Source: Gonapodya sp. JEL0774 (Eukaryota). Taken from it: a stretch of DNA of 20,000 bases. The stretch spans positions 44,322-64,321 of the forward strand of contig JADIIX010000132.1 in NCBI GenBank assembly GCA_027604505.1, given 5' to 3'. The notes beneath the pieces are model-generated. The model was given only the letters and a program-made list of their open reading frames with translations. It had not been told where the DNA came from and did not search any database. This document shows positions 1 to 10,614 of this stretch, piece by piece; position 1 is the stretch's first letter; each line of letters begins with the position of its first letter. The position numbers were made by a program, and so were the translations under genes.

Positions 1-67
1 TAGAAAGATTCAACACCTGTGATCAGTCTAAAGGTCTCAGATACGGATTAAGAGGCAAGACACTCAC

Positions 68-1677
68 CGGCATTCACAACAGCCAGCACATCGTACACAG
101 TCGGAGTTTGCAAGCCCACCAGCACAGGTATAAGCAACCGCATGGCGTGATCGTAAAAAATTTGTCCACAGATGTCAGGTGTCATCGATGGTGGATTGTT
201 GATATAGGGGTGGTTGCTGAGTTTGGCTGCGAAAGTGTACCTAGAGTGGGCATTCACCCGTCATAGCGATGTCCAGGAGAAAGAAGCAATACACGAGGTA
301 TGTGTATGGTGAGAACAAAGTGAACGAAATGCTCTAGGTGCCTCGGGGAATACTGTTCCAGCCCAAAACGGCTAATCTCGAATTCGGTTACCCACATTGA
401 CAGCAAGAACTGGGGAGGGAATGAAAATGGATTCCTCATGAAGCTCGGTTTGTGCACCGTGTTCGCAAACGGCAATATTTGATGTGCCCATGTCCTCACT
501 AAGTCGCTGAGAACCTCTTGCGGTGGCAAAGGCTGAAGCATCGGGAGCGGTAAAGGCGTGGGGTTCGACGCAGCGTATGGGGGCGCGAGATGTCCCGATG
601 GCGTTCCGAGGATCGCGGAGTAGGAGAAGGGGGACATACCACCCGCACTATTACTCCCACTTGCCACAATTCCCATGTCTACCGAAGAACTTCCTGATGC
701 CTGTGCGGCTACAAGGGTTTTAACCATCCCGTCATTGTGCTTTCTGCTCCGTGGATGGGCGACGGGCTTCGGACTTTGCCTAATTTCGTGTTGGTTTTCA
801 AGGCTACCCCCTCCTGACCCATCGGATCCGTCGTCTGAGCCACCATCGTCATCTTCGTCGCCCGCCATGTCAATGGGGTCGAGGCCAAGGCGAGTGAGCG
901 CTTCGGGTGAAACACCTTTCGCGAGGACAAGTTCTTCAAGAGCCTAGGAAATGGAGTAAAAGTGAATGGGAGGACCATGAGTATCGCGGCGTTAACAGCG
1001 ACATACGCCAACCTCCTTACTGACGCACTTTGAGCCGTTTGTGGACACTCATGACCGAGCCTTCACCGATGCACATGAAACAGTGAGAAATAATTGTATG
1101 AGTACAAGTGTCCTGCCTGTAACACAACTGACGTCATTCACCTTTTGCTGGCCCTCTCTTTTTAGAAGACCTTATGGAGCATATGAGGCATTTTGAGGTT
1201 GGGGTTGAGGGAACAATCAGGAAATTGGTGTTGTTTCGAGCATAATTGGGCCCAGCAGTTTTAGAGTGGGTGAGACAGTTAAAAGTAAAGGGACTCCGGT
1301 GATTTGAACCTGACGACTGACCTATCGAACGTGCAAACCATGTTTTTTGCGGCGCATCGGTCGCATGGATGAGAGCCAGAGCATTTTGCACGGCGTTTGC
1401 TGGTGGGGGATATAATAATGAGAGTTGGTCATTCAACGCAATCAACCGATCTGTTCAACTCAGACACCTGATGGACAGGAATATTGATTCCAGTCCTTGG
1501 CCAGTATATCCGATCAACTCACGAGCAGGCATCGCAAGCTTTTGATACCCTCACACGGTCTTTACTTGTATCGGAGCCCGTGGAAGTTTGGACATGCTCT
1601 GCGGCAGTGAGCAGCGCCCCCACAGAGGGGGGAGGAAAGACCTGTCCATTTGCAGACGTGGCATAGAAGGGCTGCAT
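68..1677 (-). CDS. Zn(II)2Cys6 fungal transcription factor, 3'-partial (continues beyond the left edge). Exons 1677-1523, 1399-1322, 1170-1142, 1060-1029, 943-396, 240-68
   Basis: GT-AG splicing reconstitutes RVSKACDACSKRRAKCSGSHPCDRCAAKNMVCTFDRSSKKRGPAKGSVMSVHKRLKALEELV. This is a complete C-x2-C-x6-C-x5-C-x2-C-x6-C cluster, a KKRGP linker and a coiled coil. It is followed by a middle-homology-like region (QILPFANTVHKPSF...FLLSMYTFAAKLS). Exon phases are consistent. The start ATG (1677) is inferred. Confidence 0.9.
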
Positions 1678-2902
1678 CGTTCCCTCGCTGGCGGCGATGA
1701 CTGTGACGGCTGGTAGAAGTCGATCACGCGTCGTGCTGATTTGGTTGATCCGATTTCCGAACCTTTCCTCTGTGTGGCGGAGCTGCATACCAGCGGCCCC
1801 GAACACCCCAAAAGAATTGGGTGTCAATCAAAAATTCCTCTCAGTTATTATCTCATTGTCTAAAAAAATTATATACTTCAAAATTGAGTTTTCCGACATA
1901 TCTTAGTTAGATCCGTTGTGCGGGTGCAAGTTTGCAAATATACAAATTCCGTAATCGAAAACGAAGAACGCGAATTTTGGGTGCTTAGTGGATTTCTTGT
2001 AGGTAGATTTGGTTTCCCGATATGGATGACACCAGATTTCCCGAACAGGTGCTGGACCACGAACCGCAAACACGAAATGCAGGTGGCAGCATTCATTGGC
2101 ATAAGCCCCTCCCGATAACGATAACGGGGCCGCACCACAATGAGTGTTGAAGCGCTTGGATTCCAACCGGGCGTCACCGGGCTTGGGTCGTTGGACATTA
2201 ATGTGGATGGCGCACGCAGAGGATTCGGAGTTGGAGGGGGGCCTAAATCTCGAAGCAAAGCGTTAGGATCAGGTTCGTTTGTCCAAGACCGCGTGCTCTC
2301 TCCACTCTTTGTATTCCTTGCGTATCTACAGCGCAAGGCAGGACCTCACGGGATGTCGCGGGACACAGGGAGTTACACATGGGGCGGTTTGGTTTTGGGT
2401 CAACTTGACCGATCGCGATTAGCGAAAATTTCACCCGAGCGTTAATCATGGGACAACAAAATACCGCTACACTGTGCGTGTATTGTGCTGCCAAGCGATC
2501 ATCGAAGCAGTGGCTGGTGATGGTGTCGTCGGACCGCCAAGCTCGCAAGAGTACAAAGGAACACTCACCCTGCACAACGCCCGCTCCGCTCTCCATCTGA
2601 ACGTACTAATAGCCCGCCAAATTTTTGCCTTTGCTTTTGTTGAACTGCCCCCGCTAGACGGGTCCTCGCCACCTTCTCCGCGGTCTCCAGCCACATCTCA
2701 CAGAGGCCTTCCCGACCTTCCTTCGAATTCAACTGAATCCACCTCCTTCCAATCCCGCCTACCTTACCTCTCAAATTCAACAGCTCCACATCCACCTCCC
2801 GTATTACAGGCCGAGCACTCGCGATTCCACTCCAACCCCAAGGTCTCTCCTTCCCCGGCAGAATCCTTCACATCCTCTTCCCGAGTTTCAGCCGCCTTGT
2901 CC

Positions 2903-5900
2903 ATGTCAAAAGTGTCCACGCTTGACGTCTTACCACCAACCTTATCCCCTGGGGTTTCGCCTGGCAAACTTGATGCAGAAGACGTGTTCGCAGTGATTGA
3001 CCTTCCTCCAAATCACAAACCGCCGCACGTTCCCGACCATGTTGGCCACACTCCTTCACAGCAACCCTTTCAAGAGTCGCACCAACTTCCTCCACCGGTT
3101 GCCTACTCATTACCGATGAACGCGGAGAGTCAGACGAGAACCAAAACCACGGCTTTGGGTGACGTGCAACCGACACCCACTCTTCCCCACCACTCATTGA
3201 ATGCTTTGCCTACGCCAAATGACCTGGTAAGTCTAATCTTTTACCCGTGGTACCTCTGTTCCCTTCCCTGAATCCCATCTACTCTCAATGTGCAACCCGA
3301 ACCAAACGTGTCAAAGCTGCCCCTCTCGCAAGCCCAACTCCCCACATCTCCGTCGTCTCCTCAGCTCTCTCCCCTCTCTAGCCCGTCAAAGGATCGTTCC
3401 TCAGCCCGATTCTCGTTTTCCCCGCCAGCCACGTCTTCCTCTCCGAGTCGTTCCGAATTTTCTCCGGTCATCGGCCGAAACCACCCTGTTACTTTCACTC
3501 AATCCATCATTACCTCCCCAAATGCTCTATCATCCCCCACTCCGTCTGTTTCGCTCATCCGGCGCCCTTCTGGAAACAACAGGGATGCGTCGTTCTTGAC
3601 ATCCCCTCCCATTTCGCCCACTGCGCCATCCTCTCCAGGCCTGTTCCCGAACCTCGTTGCGTCCCCGACGGGCGTGCAAGCCCCTGTGGGAAGTCAGATT
3701 CGTTTGGAGACTGTCTCCTTGTTTCTCACTTCCCGAAGACGGACTCAAAAGGCGCGGGCCAAATTGCTCAGGCAGAAGTCGCTCAAGAAGCAGCGTAAGC
3801 CTCCTGGGAAGGAAACGATAATGGCAGAGGGCACGGTGGGGTGGTACATGCTCATGGGTATCAAAGAAGGTGCCCGTAGAAACGCTTTTGACTTGCCGGA
3901 CCCGTCCATGTCTGGCTCCGCAATCTCTTCAGCCCCTGTACCGAGTCAGCCCAACCAACCTCGTCCTCTCGCTGCAGATGATTTTGCCTCGTTCAACAAG
4001 TATGCTATCGATGACGATCCCGATTTGGGCGAGGTTGTACACGAGTACGAGTGGAAAGAGGACGGGCAGCGAAAGACCTCCCAAGGTGTCGGTGGAGATA
4101 AGGGAGCTCAAAGAGAGAGGGCCAGTTATGATGCGGGAGTAGATTCAGGAATGAATGGTGGTGTGGGTGTGGGTGGATCTGGTCGACCGCTGCCTGGTTC
4201 CTCACAGTCTTCGACCGGCGTGAGCGCGTCGTCGGTGGTGCCCGAGGGACCATTGTCGCGTGGTGCGCGCCAGTCTAGTATGAGTCTGTCTGGGGCGCCT
4301 GTACCGGCACCTATTAACGTCGTTAAACAAAACCCATCTACGACAGGGAGTGGCAGGAAACCGGTCACGGGTATGGTGCGGTCGGCGACAGGGAAGAACT
4401 ATGATTTTAAGTTCAAAGACTACGCACCGAGGGTTTTTGCGGACATCAGGAGGAGAAGCGGCGTGACAGTCGAAGAATATCTGGTGGGTGTTTGTTGCTT
4501 GGACTGGTTGTGGAATGCTGATCGTTCAAGAATAAACCATGCTATACTCTACCACTTTTGCAGTCTTCTCTCACCACGCCGTCCACATCTGGCCAGATGC
4601 GCCTGTGGGAGTCGGGGTCCGCCGGGAAGTCGGGATCCTTTTTCTTCTTCACAGAAGACGGCAAGTACATAATTAAAACAATTCATCATTCGGAACACAA
4701 AGTGTTTTGGATGGGATTGCGAAACTACTATGAGGTGGGTTCTGACAGGTATTCCCTGCCGATGTTGGTGATGCTAACAAGACCCTGCTCATCTCGTCTA
4801 TCTCACTGCTTCATAGCATATAATCGCCAACCCTCACTCTCTCATTAACCGTCTCTTTGGCCTCCACCGCGTAAAATTGCCACGATCTAAAAAAGTGCAT
4901 TTCGTCGTGATGGAAAATGTGCTCCCCCTGACCAGGGATATTGAGGAGATGTATGACCTCAAGGTGGGTTTTTGTCTTCACTCAATGCTCCTCGTGTTTC
5001 GGTAATAGATTTGGTGATGTGATTTACCGTTCTTGTTCCATCGTTCCCTTTCTTTAGGGTTCCACTTTTGGCCGTGAGACTCCTCAGGCAGTTCTTGAAG
5101 AAACCCCGCGGTCAGTGCAAAAGGACAAGAACTGGCAGGACAACGGGCGCGAGTTGTATCTCAATGCTGAGAAGAGGGAGATTCTCATGGGCCAGATGAC
5201 TAGGGATGTGAGGGTAAGTAGAACCCCAATATGGTAAAGATGGGGCAGATTGAGACTGATTACTATGTTCAACTCTCGCTGATTTTAATACGCATTGCCT
5301 TTTCAGTATCTTGCATCCGCTGGCATTATGGACTACTCCCTGCTTGTCGGTATTTCTCGCAAGCAAGATCGATGGGGTTTCATCAGAAGGCTTTGCGAAG
5401 AGGGGCACCTCCGTGAGGGTGCTGTGCCCGAGGAATACCCCATGGACAGGTAGGTTTTCCATGTATTTTGTTGTTCGTTCATTTGGGGAGCTCATGAGAC
5501 CTTTCCTCACCCAACACGCCATCTAGCGGTCGTTCCTCTAGTCGATTGCTGAATACGCAGATTGCAATGAACTCTCTGTTCCGCTCCGATTTCTGCGACG
5601 GGTATCGGTCCGCGCGCTCGGACAGTAATGTTTTGCCACCATATGTTTACCATCTCGGGATCATCGACATTTTCACCCGCTATGATGCCTTCAAATCACT
5701 GGAGCACGCTTTAAAGAGTCTGTATCAAAGCGCAACAACGATCTCGGCTGTAAATCCACGGTTTTATGGCCGCAGATTCGTGGAGTTTATGGGACGGGAG
5801 GTTTGCGGCGGTGACCCTGCGGATGTGCGGCGTTGGATTGCTGCCTACGAGGGGAAGGGCAAGGAAGTGGATGTAGATGGCCTCGTTGCCGAATACCTGA

Positions 5901-6028
5901 AGGCGAAGAAGCGGCGAATGCTGTGGGTGGAAAAGGAGAGAGAGACTCGGCGAGGCGCCGGATCGAACGCCTCTGGAAGGGGAGGCGACAAGACCAAGTC
6001 GGTGCTCCCATCTAGTCCTAATCGTTAA
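2903..6028 (+). CDS. MSS4: Phosphatidylinositol-4-phosphate 5-kinase (Mss4/Its3 type), about 869 aa. Exons 2903-3226, 3317-4483, 4564-4734, 4817-4963, 5058-5213, 5307-5449, 5527-6028
   Basis: The spliced product has the PIPK motifs FKFKDYAPRVF, GKSGSFFFFTEDGKYIIKT, HFVVMENV, YDLKGS, MDYSLLVG, GIIDIF and ISAVNPRFYGRRF. The activation loop reads KSLEH, with Glu as in type I PI4P 5-kinases. The N-terminus is Ser/Pro-rich, and the start codon and first acceptor are less certain. Confidence 0.93.
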
Positions 6029-6369
6029 GTAGGGTTGGCAGAAGTGGGAGAGGATGGAAGGGAGGGCAGTTGATCGAATGTGCACCGTCACGTCCGAATC
6101 CATTCTGAGACAGCGAAGGTCTCGGTAATACTGACATTCTTTGAAATTGACTTACTGAAGTTTTGGCCGTAGCTTTTGTACACGCAACAGCAATTTCATG
6201 CGAAGGTAGAATAGTTACTAGGTTGATTTGTTAAATCTGTTGCGAGGTCAGACACAACTGACTGAAATGACATTACATAGACTCGTGGTGAAAGTGCTTA
6301 TTGGATCGGGCGTTCACTTTTGTTCCCCACAGTTCTACACATGACCGATTTTTACAATCCCGTTCATCG

Positions 6370-9156
6370 CTATACCTTGGATGAAAGTTTGAGGGTGCCA
6401 GGTCTCCCCTCAAACTCTGCAATGTCCGTCCGGACTTGCGTCAATCCTTTGGGTGCCTCTGGTGTAAGCTCAGGGTCTCCTTCTGGTATGTGTTCATCCA
6501 AGAACTCTTTGATATGTTTGTTGACTTGCTTGAGCTCGATAAGGAATCCTGCAAGATGGCAAACGCCAAAGCTTAATCTGGGGACAACAGGCATACCGGC
6601 ACAGTCTGTTCACTCACCATCATGCCCGTGCAAGCTCTCCACCACCCGTAGTCTTGAATTAGGAATTCCTCTCACCAGCTCCTCTTGTTCCGTAACTGGG
6701 TACAAGAAATCTGTGGAGACACCTACAGGATCATGCAACAGAAAGGACGTGTGTGACAGTTTATGAGCCACGCAGCGAACACGTGAAGGCGATTTTGATT
6801 CCTTTAGACCCACCAATCACAAGCGCGGGCTGTTTGATAGTGCCCAGCACGTTGGCCACCCTTTCGCTATCTGGGAGGTTCGGCGGCGCCCGCCCACGTG
6901 TCACATCGTGCGTATCCATCTGTACGCAGATTATCCCAAATCAAAGTAACATGGATGGGAAGTTTTCAGACGCAGTTAACGGTCGTAATGAGTCGAATAG
7001 ACCTTCTGAAAAGCCTCAAAGCACCCCACGCGTAAGTTTAGCAAGCTCACCTTCCGTGTGATATGGATATAGCAATTGGCATCAAACCTAGACAAGAACT
7101 TGCGTCCGTGGTGTCTCAAATATGTTTGTGCATAAAATACTCCCTCGTCCTCGCCTGCGACTTCGCCCTCTTTGCCGCCCTCAACTACCTTCTCCTCGCT
7201 ATCGGACGACTCTCCGCCTAGAGAACCTTTCCCCGCTTTTCCAACGTATCCGATTTCGTAAGCTTCAGGGTACAGGCGCAAGTGGTTCGTGCCTTCGGAA
7301 TGAAGTACTGCGTGGGGTGTCAAGAACGAACGTGGGGTTGAGGAGGAAGATGCCGATGAAGAAGCTGGGGGAGACGTCCATATCTGACCGGTTGGTACCC
7401 CGTTGGGGCGACCACCAGGCAGGGTTTTCTCGAGCGGCACAAAGTCCTCGTCAGCGAGAAGTACAGGTGGTACTCCGCCGGTGATTTCTGCACGGGTTGG
7501 AGGGAGAGTTGGCACGCGGCGCCGGGAAAAGCGACTTTCCGTGGAGACGCTAAAAACAAAAGAAGAGTTGGACAAAAGCAGGCGCCGCCACGTTGCTCAC
7601 GGAAGGAGGCTTTCTGTGACCTCGCACACTCACTGTGATCGATACGTCATGAGCGCACACATGCGCGCCGCCGTAAGGCCAGCTAAAGGAGGGTCAGAAG
7701 GAGGGTAATAGCCGTCGTCTTTCGATGGAAAGGAAACAATCGGATCAGTACAGAGACTATGTGTGAATACGGAACGGACTCTCATGTCCCATTATGCGAT
7801 GATTCAACTAAACGATCCTCGTGAGGACAGCAACTGAAGATCCATTGTAAAAACTGTCGCAAGACTCCTTCCGAACTACGACTAACCATCTCCGATCCAC
7901 CCGTTCGTGGAAACAGAACGGAGTGGACTCGCGACCTCCCGGCGACTCTGACCGAAAGTCACTCACTGAATTTTGCATCTGCAAAAATGGCATGTCTTTG
8001 CACCTCACTCCAGCTCACACACCAAGCGGGGTGGCGAGCGGTTGTGGCAACGGGAACGATAGTCCGGATTAGAGAAGGGTAGAGGAGAGCCCATTCCAGG
8101 GTCTGTGAGGATGGAGGAGAGAGGAGACTGGTGAGAATGAGTGATTAATCATCCGGGTGAGAAAAAGCTCTCCAAGTAGTGTCTGCCTCCCCCTTATCAA
8201 CACACCGTAAACCCTCCCATGCTACCTCCCACAACACATTGGACTCTATTGACACCCAGGTGCCTTACTACCCGTTCAGCGGCGCGTACATCATCTCGAA
8301 TCGTTGTGGAGGGAAAATCGGGGCCGTAATTCGGCCATGTAGGTGGGCGTAAGGCATTGGGAAGATTTGCGACAGAGGGATTGACCGTGATTGGTGAGGC
8401 GGAGCTGGGGGAGAAAACAAGTGAGATAAAAGGTTGGTTTAGATTTAAGGAAGGACAGCGCAAACGAAAAGACAAACGTGTGAACAGCAGCACTGCTCAC
8501 AACCCTACGCAAGCAAACCCACACCCGATTTGAAGTCGTAAAATACAGGATTCCGCTAAAATATCAGTGACCCCATCTAAAATAAGAGTCAAATGGGGCC
8601 GATATCCAATTGCCGGTCTCTGTCTCGTGCCCAGTGCTGGGAGAGGCCACGCATTTACGCTGCAAGCCACGCACAGCCTCAAATATCAGCCACGAATCAG
8701 CCACGCATGTGTCACAACCCGCTCCTACCACCATTGTGTTTTGCTGGGAGGGGAGTCGAAAATCCTTGACATGGTCTTGACGTGGTGGTACTTATTGCAG
8801 TCCGTGTCGATGGCATTTCAATCTACCCACCCATAAGGACTGCCCATGACATTGAAGCAGAGGACAAAGAACCGTTTCGTATCAATGACGTTGAACAAAG
8901 GTCCCCACCAGTCGGAAACGTCCGAGGATCCCGACAAAGCGTGGCACACTATGATACAGTTCGTTCCACGAGAGTTCAGGGTACCCCACGAATTATAGAC
9001 GATGGGTACGTTTGTCAACGTAGCTCCAGACTCGAGGGTAAATTCGGGGAGGATGTGAAGTTTGTGGTTAGCGACAAGGTGGGCGAGACCCGGAGGGGAC
9101 GGTGAAGAGGTGGGCGGAGGAAGAGAAGACCCAGATGCAGGCGAGGATGGTGCCAT
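6370..9156 (-). CDS. MET2: Homoserine O-acetyltransferase, about 544 aa. Exons 9156-8831, 8404-8206, 8102-7967, 7718-7634, 7549-7051, 6919-6814, 6722-6618, 6548-6370
   Basis: Motifs FTLESG, WGTLN, VCHALSG, WWGPL, NVMGSPYGS, YGPDFP, TIRDDVR, nucleophile GGSMGG, LEWA, AARM..LMTYRS, FDANCY, MDTHDV, STDFLYP and HGHDGFL (catalytic His). HALSG matches the homoserine-type rather than the serine-type (GLS) subfamily. The 1635-nt spliced CDS stays in frame. Confidence 0.95.
8560..8606 (-). other. Intronic RNA hairpin in MET2 intron 1 covering a cryptic 3' splice site
   Basis: In mRNA sense GGCCCCAUUUGA (8600-8589) pairs with UUAGAUGGGGUC (8580-8569): 12 bp including 3 G-U, with an 8-nt loop. It is extended by GAUAUC/GAUAUU after a 3-nt bulge. 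Confidence 0.55.
8646..8705. repeat. Cluster of four GCCACG motifs in MET2 intron 1
   Basis: GCCACG occurs at 8646, 8666, 8689 and 8700 on the + strand. Three copies extend to GCCACGCA, and ATCAGCCACG is duplicated at 8685 and 8696. Confidence 0.7.
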
Positions 9157-10614
9157 TTTAGGAGGGATGTGGATTGAAAGAGTTTGATGGAGGGTTGCAG
9201 TCTCCGAACTTCGGAGACTGTCGCACATGACTGCTGTCAAGCACAACAGAATACGGAAACTTTTCATAGAATCATCCAATAGCACTCACAAGCTAGTTCC
9301 AATCACGGGCTTGAGACTTGGCTTCCGCGTCCAGATGTTGTTCAAGTACCGTCCAATATTCCTTGCCATTCACGACCGAACCGTGTCTATTCCTCTGTGT
9401 CTTTCTCCACGGGGCCCGTCGGAATTCGCAGCGTGTCAGCCCCTTGTATCAATCGCCCTCGTCTGTTGGGCGCTGTTTCTGCTTCCGTTTGATCCGATTT
9501 GAATTTTGAAGTATGTGTACTGCCTCACTAAGTTTCCGGCGATGCAGGCACACCCCCGCACACTCAGAAATCGCGCAATTGGCCGTGCCACTCTCACAGA
9601 CATGATTTAGTCACCAACCCGACGTTCTTGAGAATTTTCAAACGAAAGCGACAATCTGTTTTCGGTTGGTGAAGAGTTCCTCATTCATGAAGAAAAGAGA
9701 CGCCGGAGGTTGCAAGTCTTGTTCGAACTGACAGCAAATAACACCAAAAATCATGCATTAGGAGCGGAGATCTACAAGCGATTCTTCGAGGTGAGCATTG
9801 CACTGACCACCCTGTGAATATCTATAGCAAACTACTTTTCATGATCAGTTGGAGGTTTCCAATGAACGCAAGGTAAATGTCAGCTCTTTTTATGCGAGAT
9901 CTTTGAAAATTGGCTTCATCAGGGGGCACTCGTTGTCCCTCTCTAGAACTGATAGACTTGTTCATCTGTATCACAACGCGGGCCGGCACCTGCAGCCCTC
10001 GTTCAGTGTTGATTCTCCAAACACATTGAGCGACTAACACTAGGAAGTTTCACATGAGTGATGAAATGTCAATTTGTACCACTTCCACTTTGGACAGAGC
10101 TGCTGTTGACGTATTTTAAGTTTTTAATGCTCTCATGTCAATATGCAGTTATCCCCGCAACACAACACATGGTCGCTTGGATTCCTTTGCACGAAATTTG
10201 TTGAAGATGGGACACTCTTGGGAGAAGAAAGCTCCCAGCCTAACATTTATTGGGGGAGGCTTGTTTGCCGATCTGAAGAAGACCGTTTTCAGAGTTTGGG
10301 CACCCTGCTGGCACTTGCCAGCTAGGCTATGTACCATCTGGCCGAAATACATATCTGCTCCTGGCCTTGAGAATAAAAAGGTGGCCCCAGTGGTTGTGAT
10401 CTTCCTCCGAGGTTCAGTCGGTGAATCCCACGATCTCTGCCACAATTGGGTCAAACGACTAACTAACGGCCCGCCACCGACAGCGGGATACCGAACCGGT
10501 CAGTTGTTTCCACCGATTCCCTCTTTTCTCACCTCGCACAGCCAGATTTCGGTTTCATCGCCCAGTTCCTCGAACAGAGACTTCGCCAATCTTCCATATC
10601 TTGCACCTTTGAAA

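Noticed and set aside
1..60. CTGAGA...CTGATC on the - strand in a TF intron, reminiscent of a TPP riboswitch
   Set aside because: The GAUAA/P5 and P1-P3 elements are missing. CTGAT is better explained as a branch point.
1878..2795. Overlapping ORFs and a 7-bp hairpin (CCTTGCG..CGCAAGG) between the TF and PIP5K genes
   Set aside because: There are no motifs or coherent splice pattern. This is expected by chance in a divergent promoter/UTR region.
10135..10614. 160-codon upstream in-frame extension of GS-like exon 1
   Set aside because: It has no recognisable domain (not amidohydrolase-like). AAAATG at 10615 after a pyrimidine-rich leader is the more plausible start.
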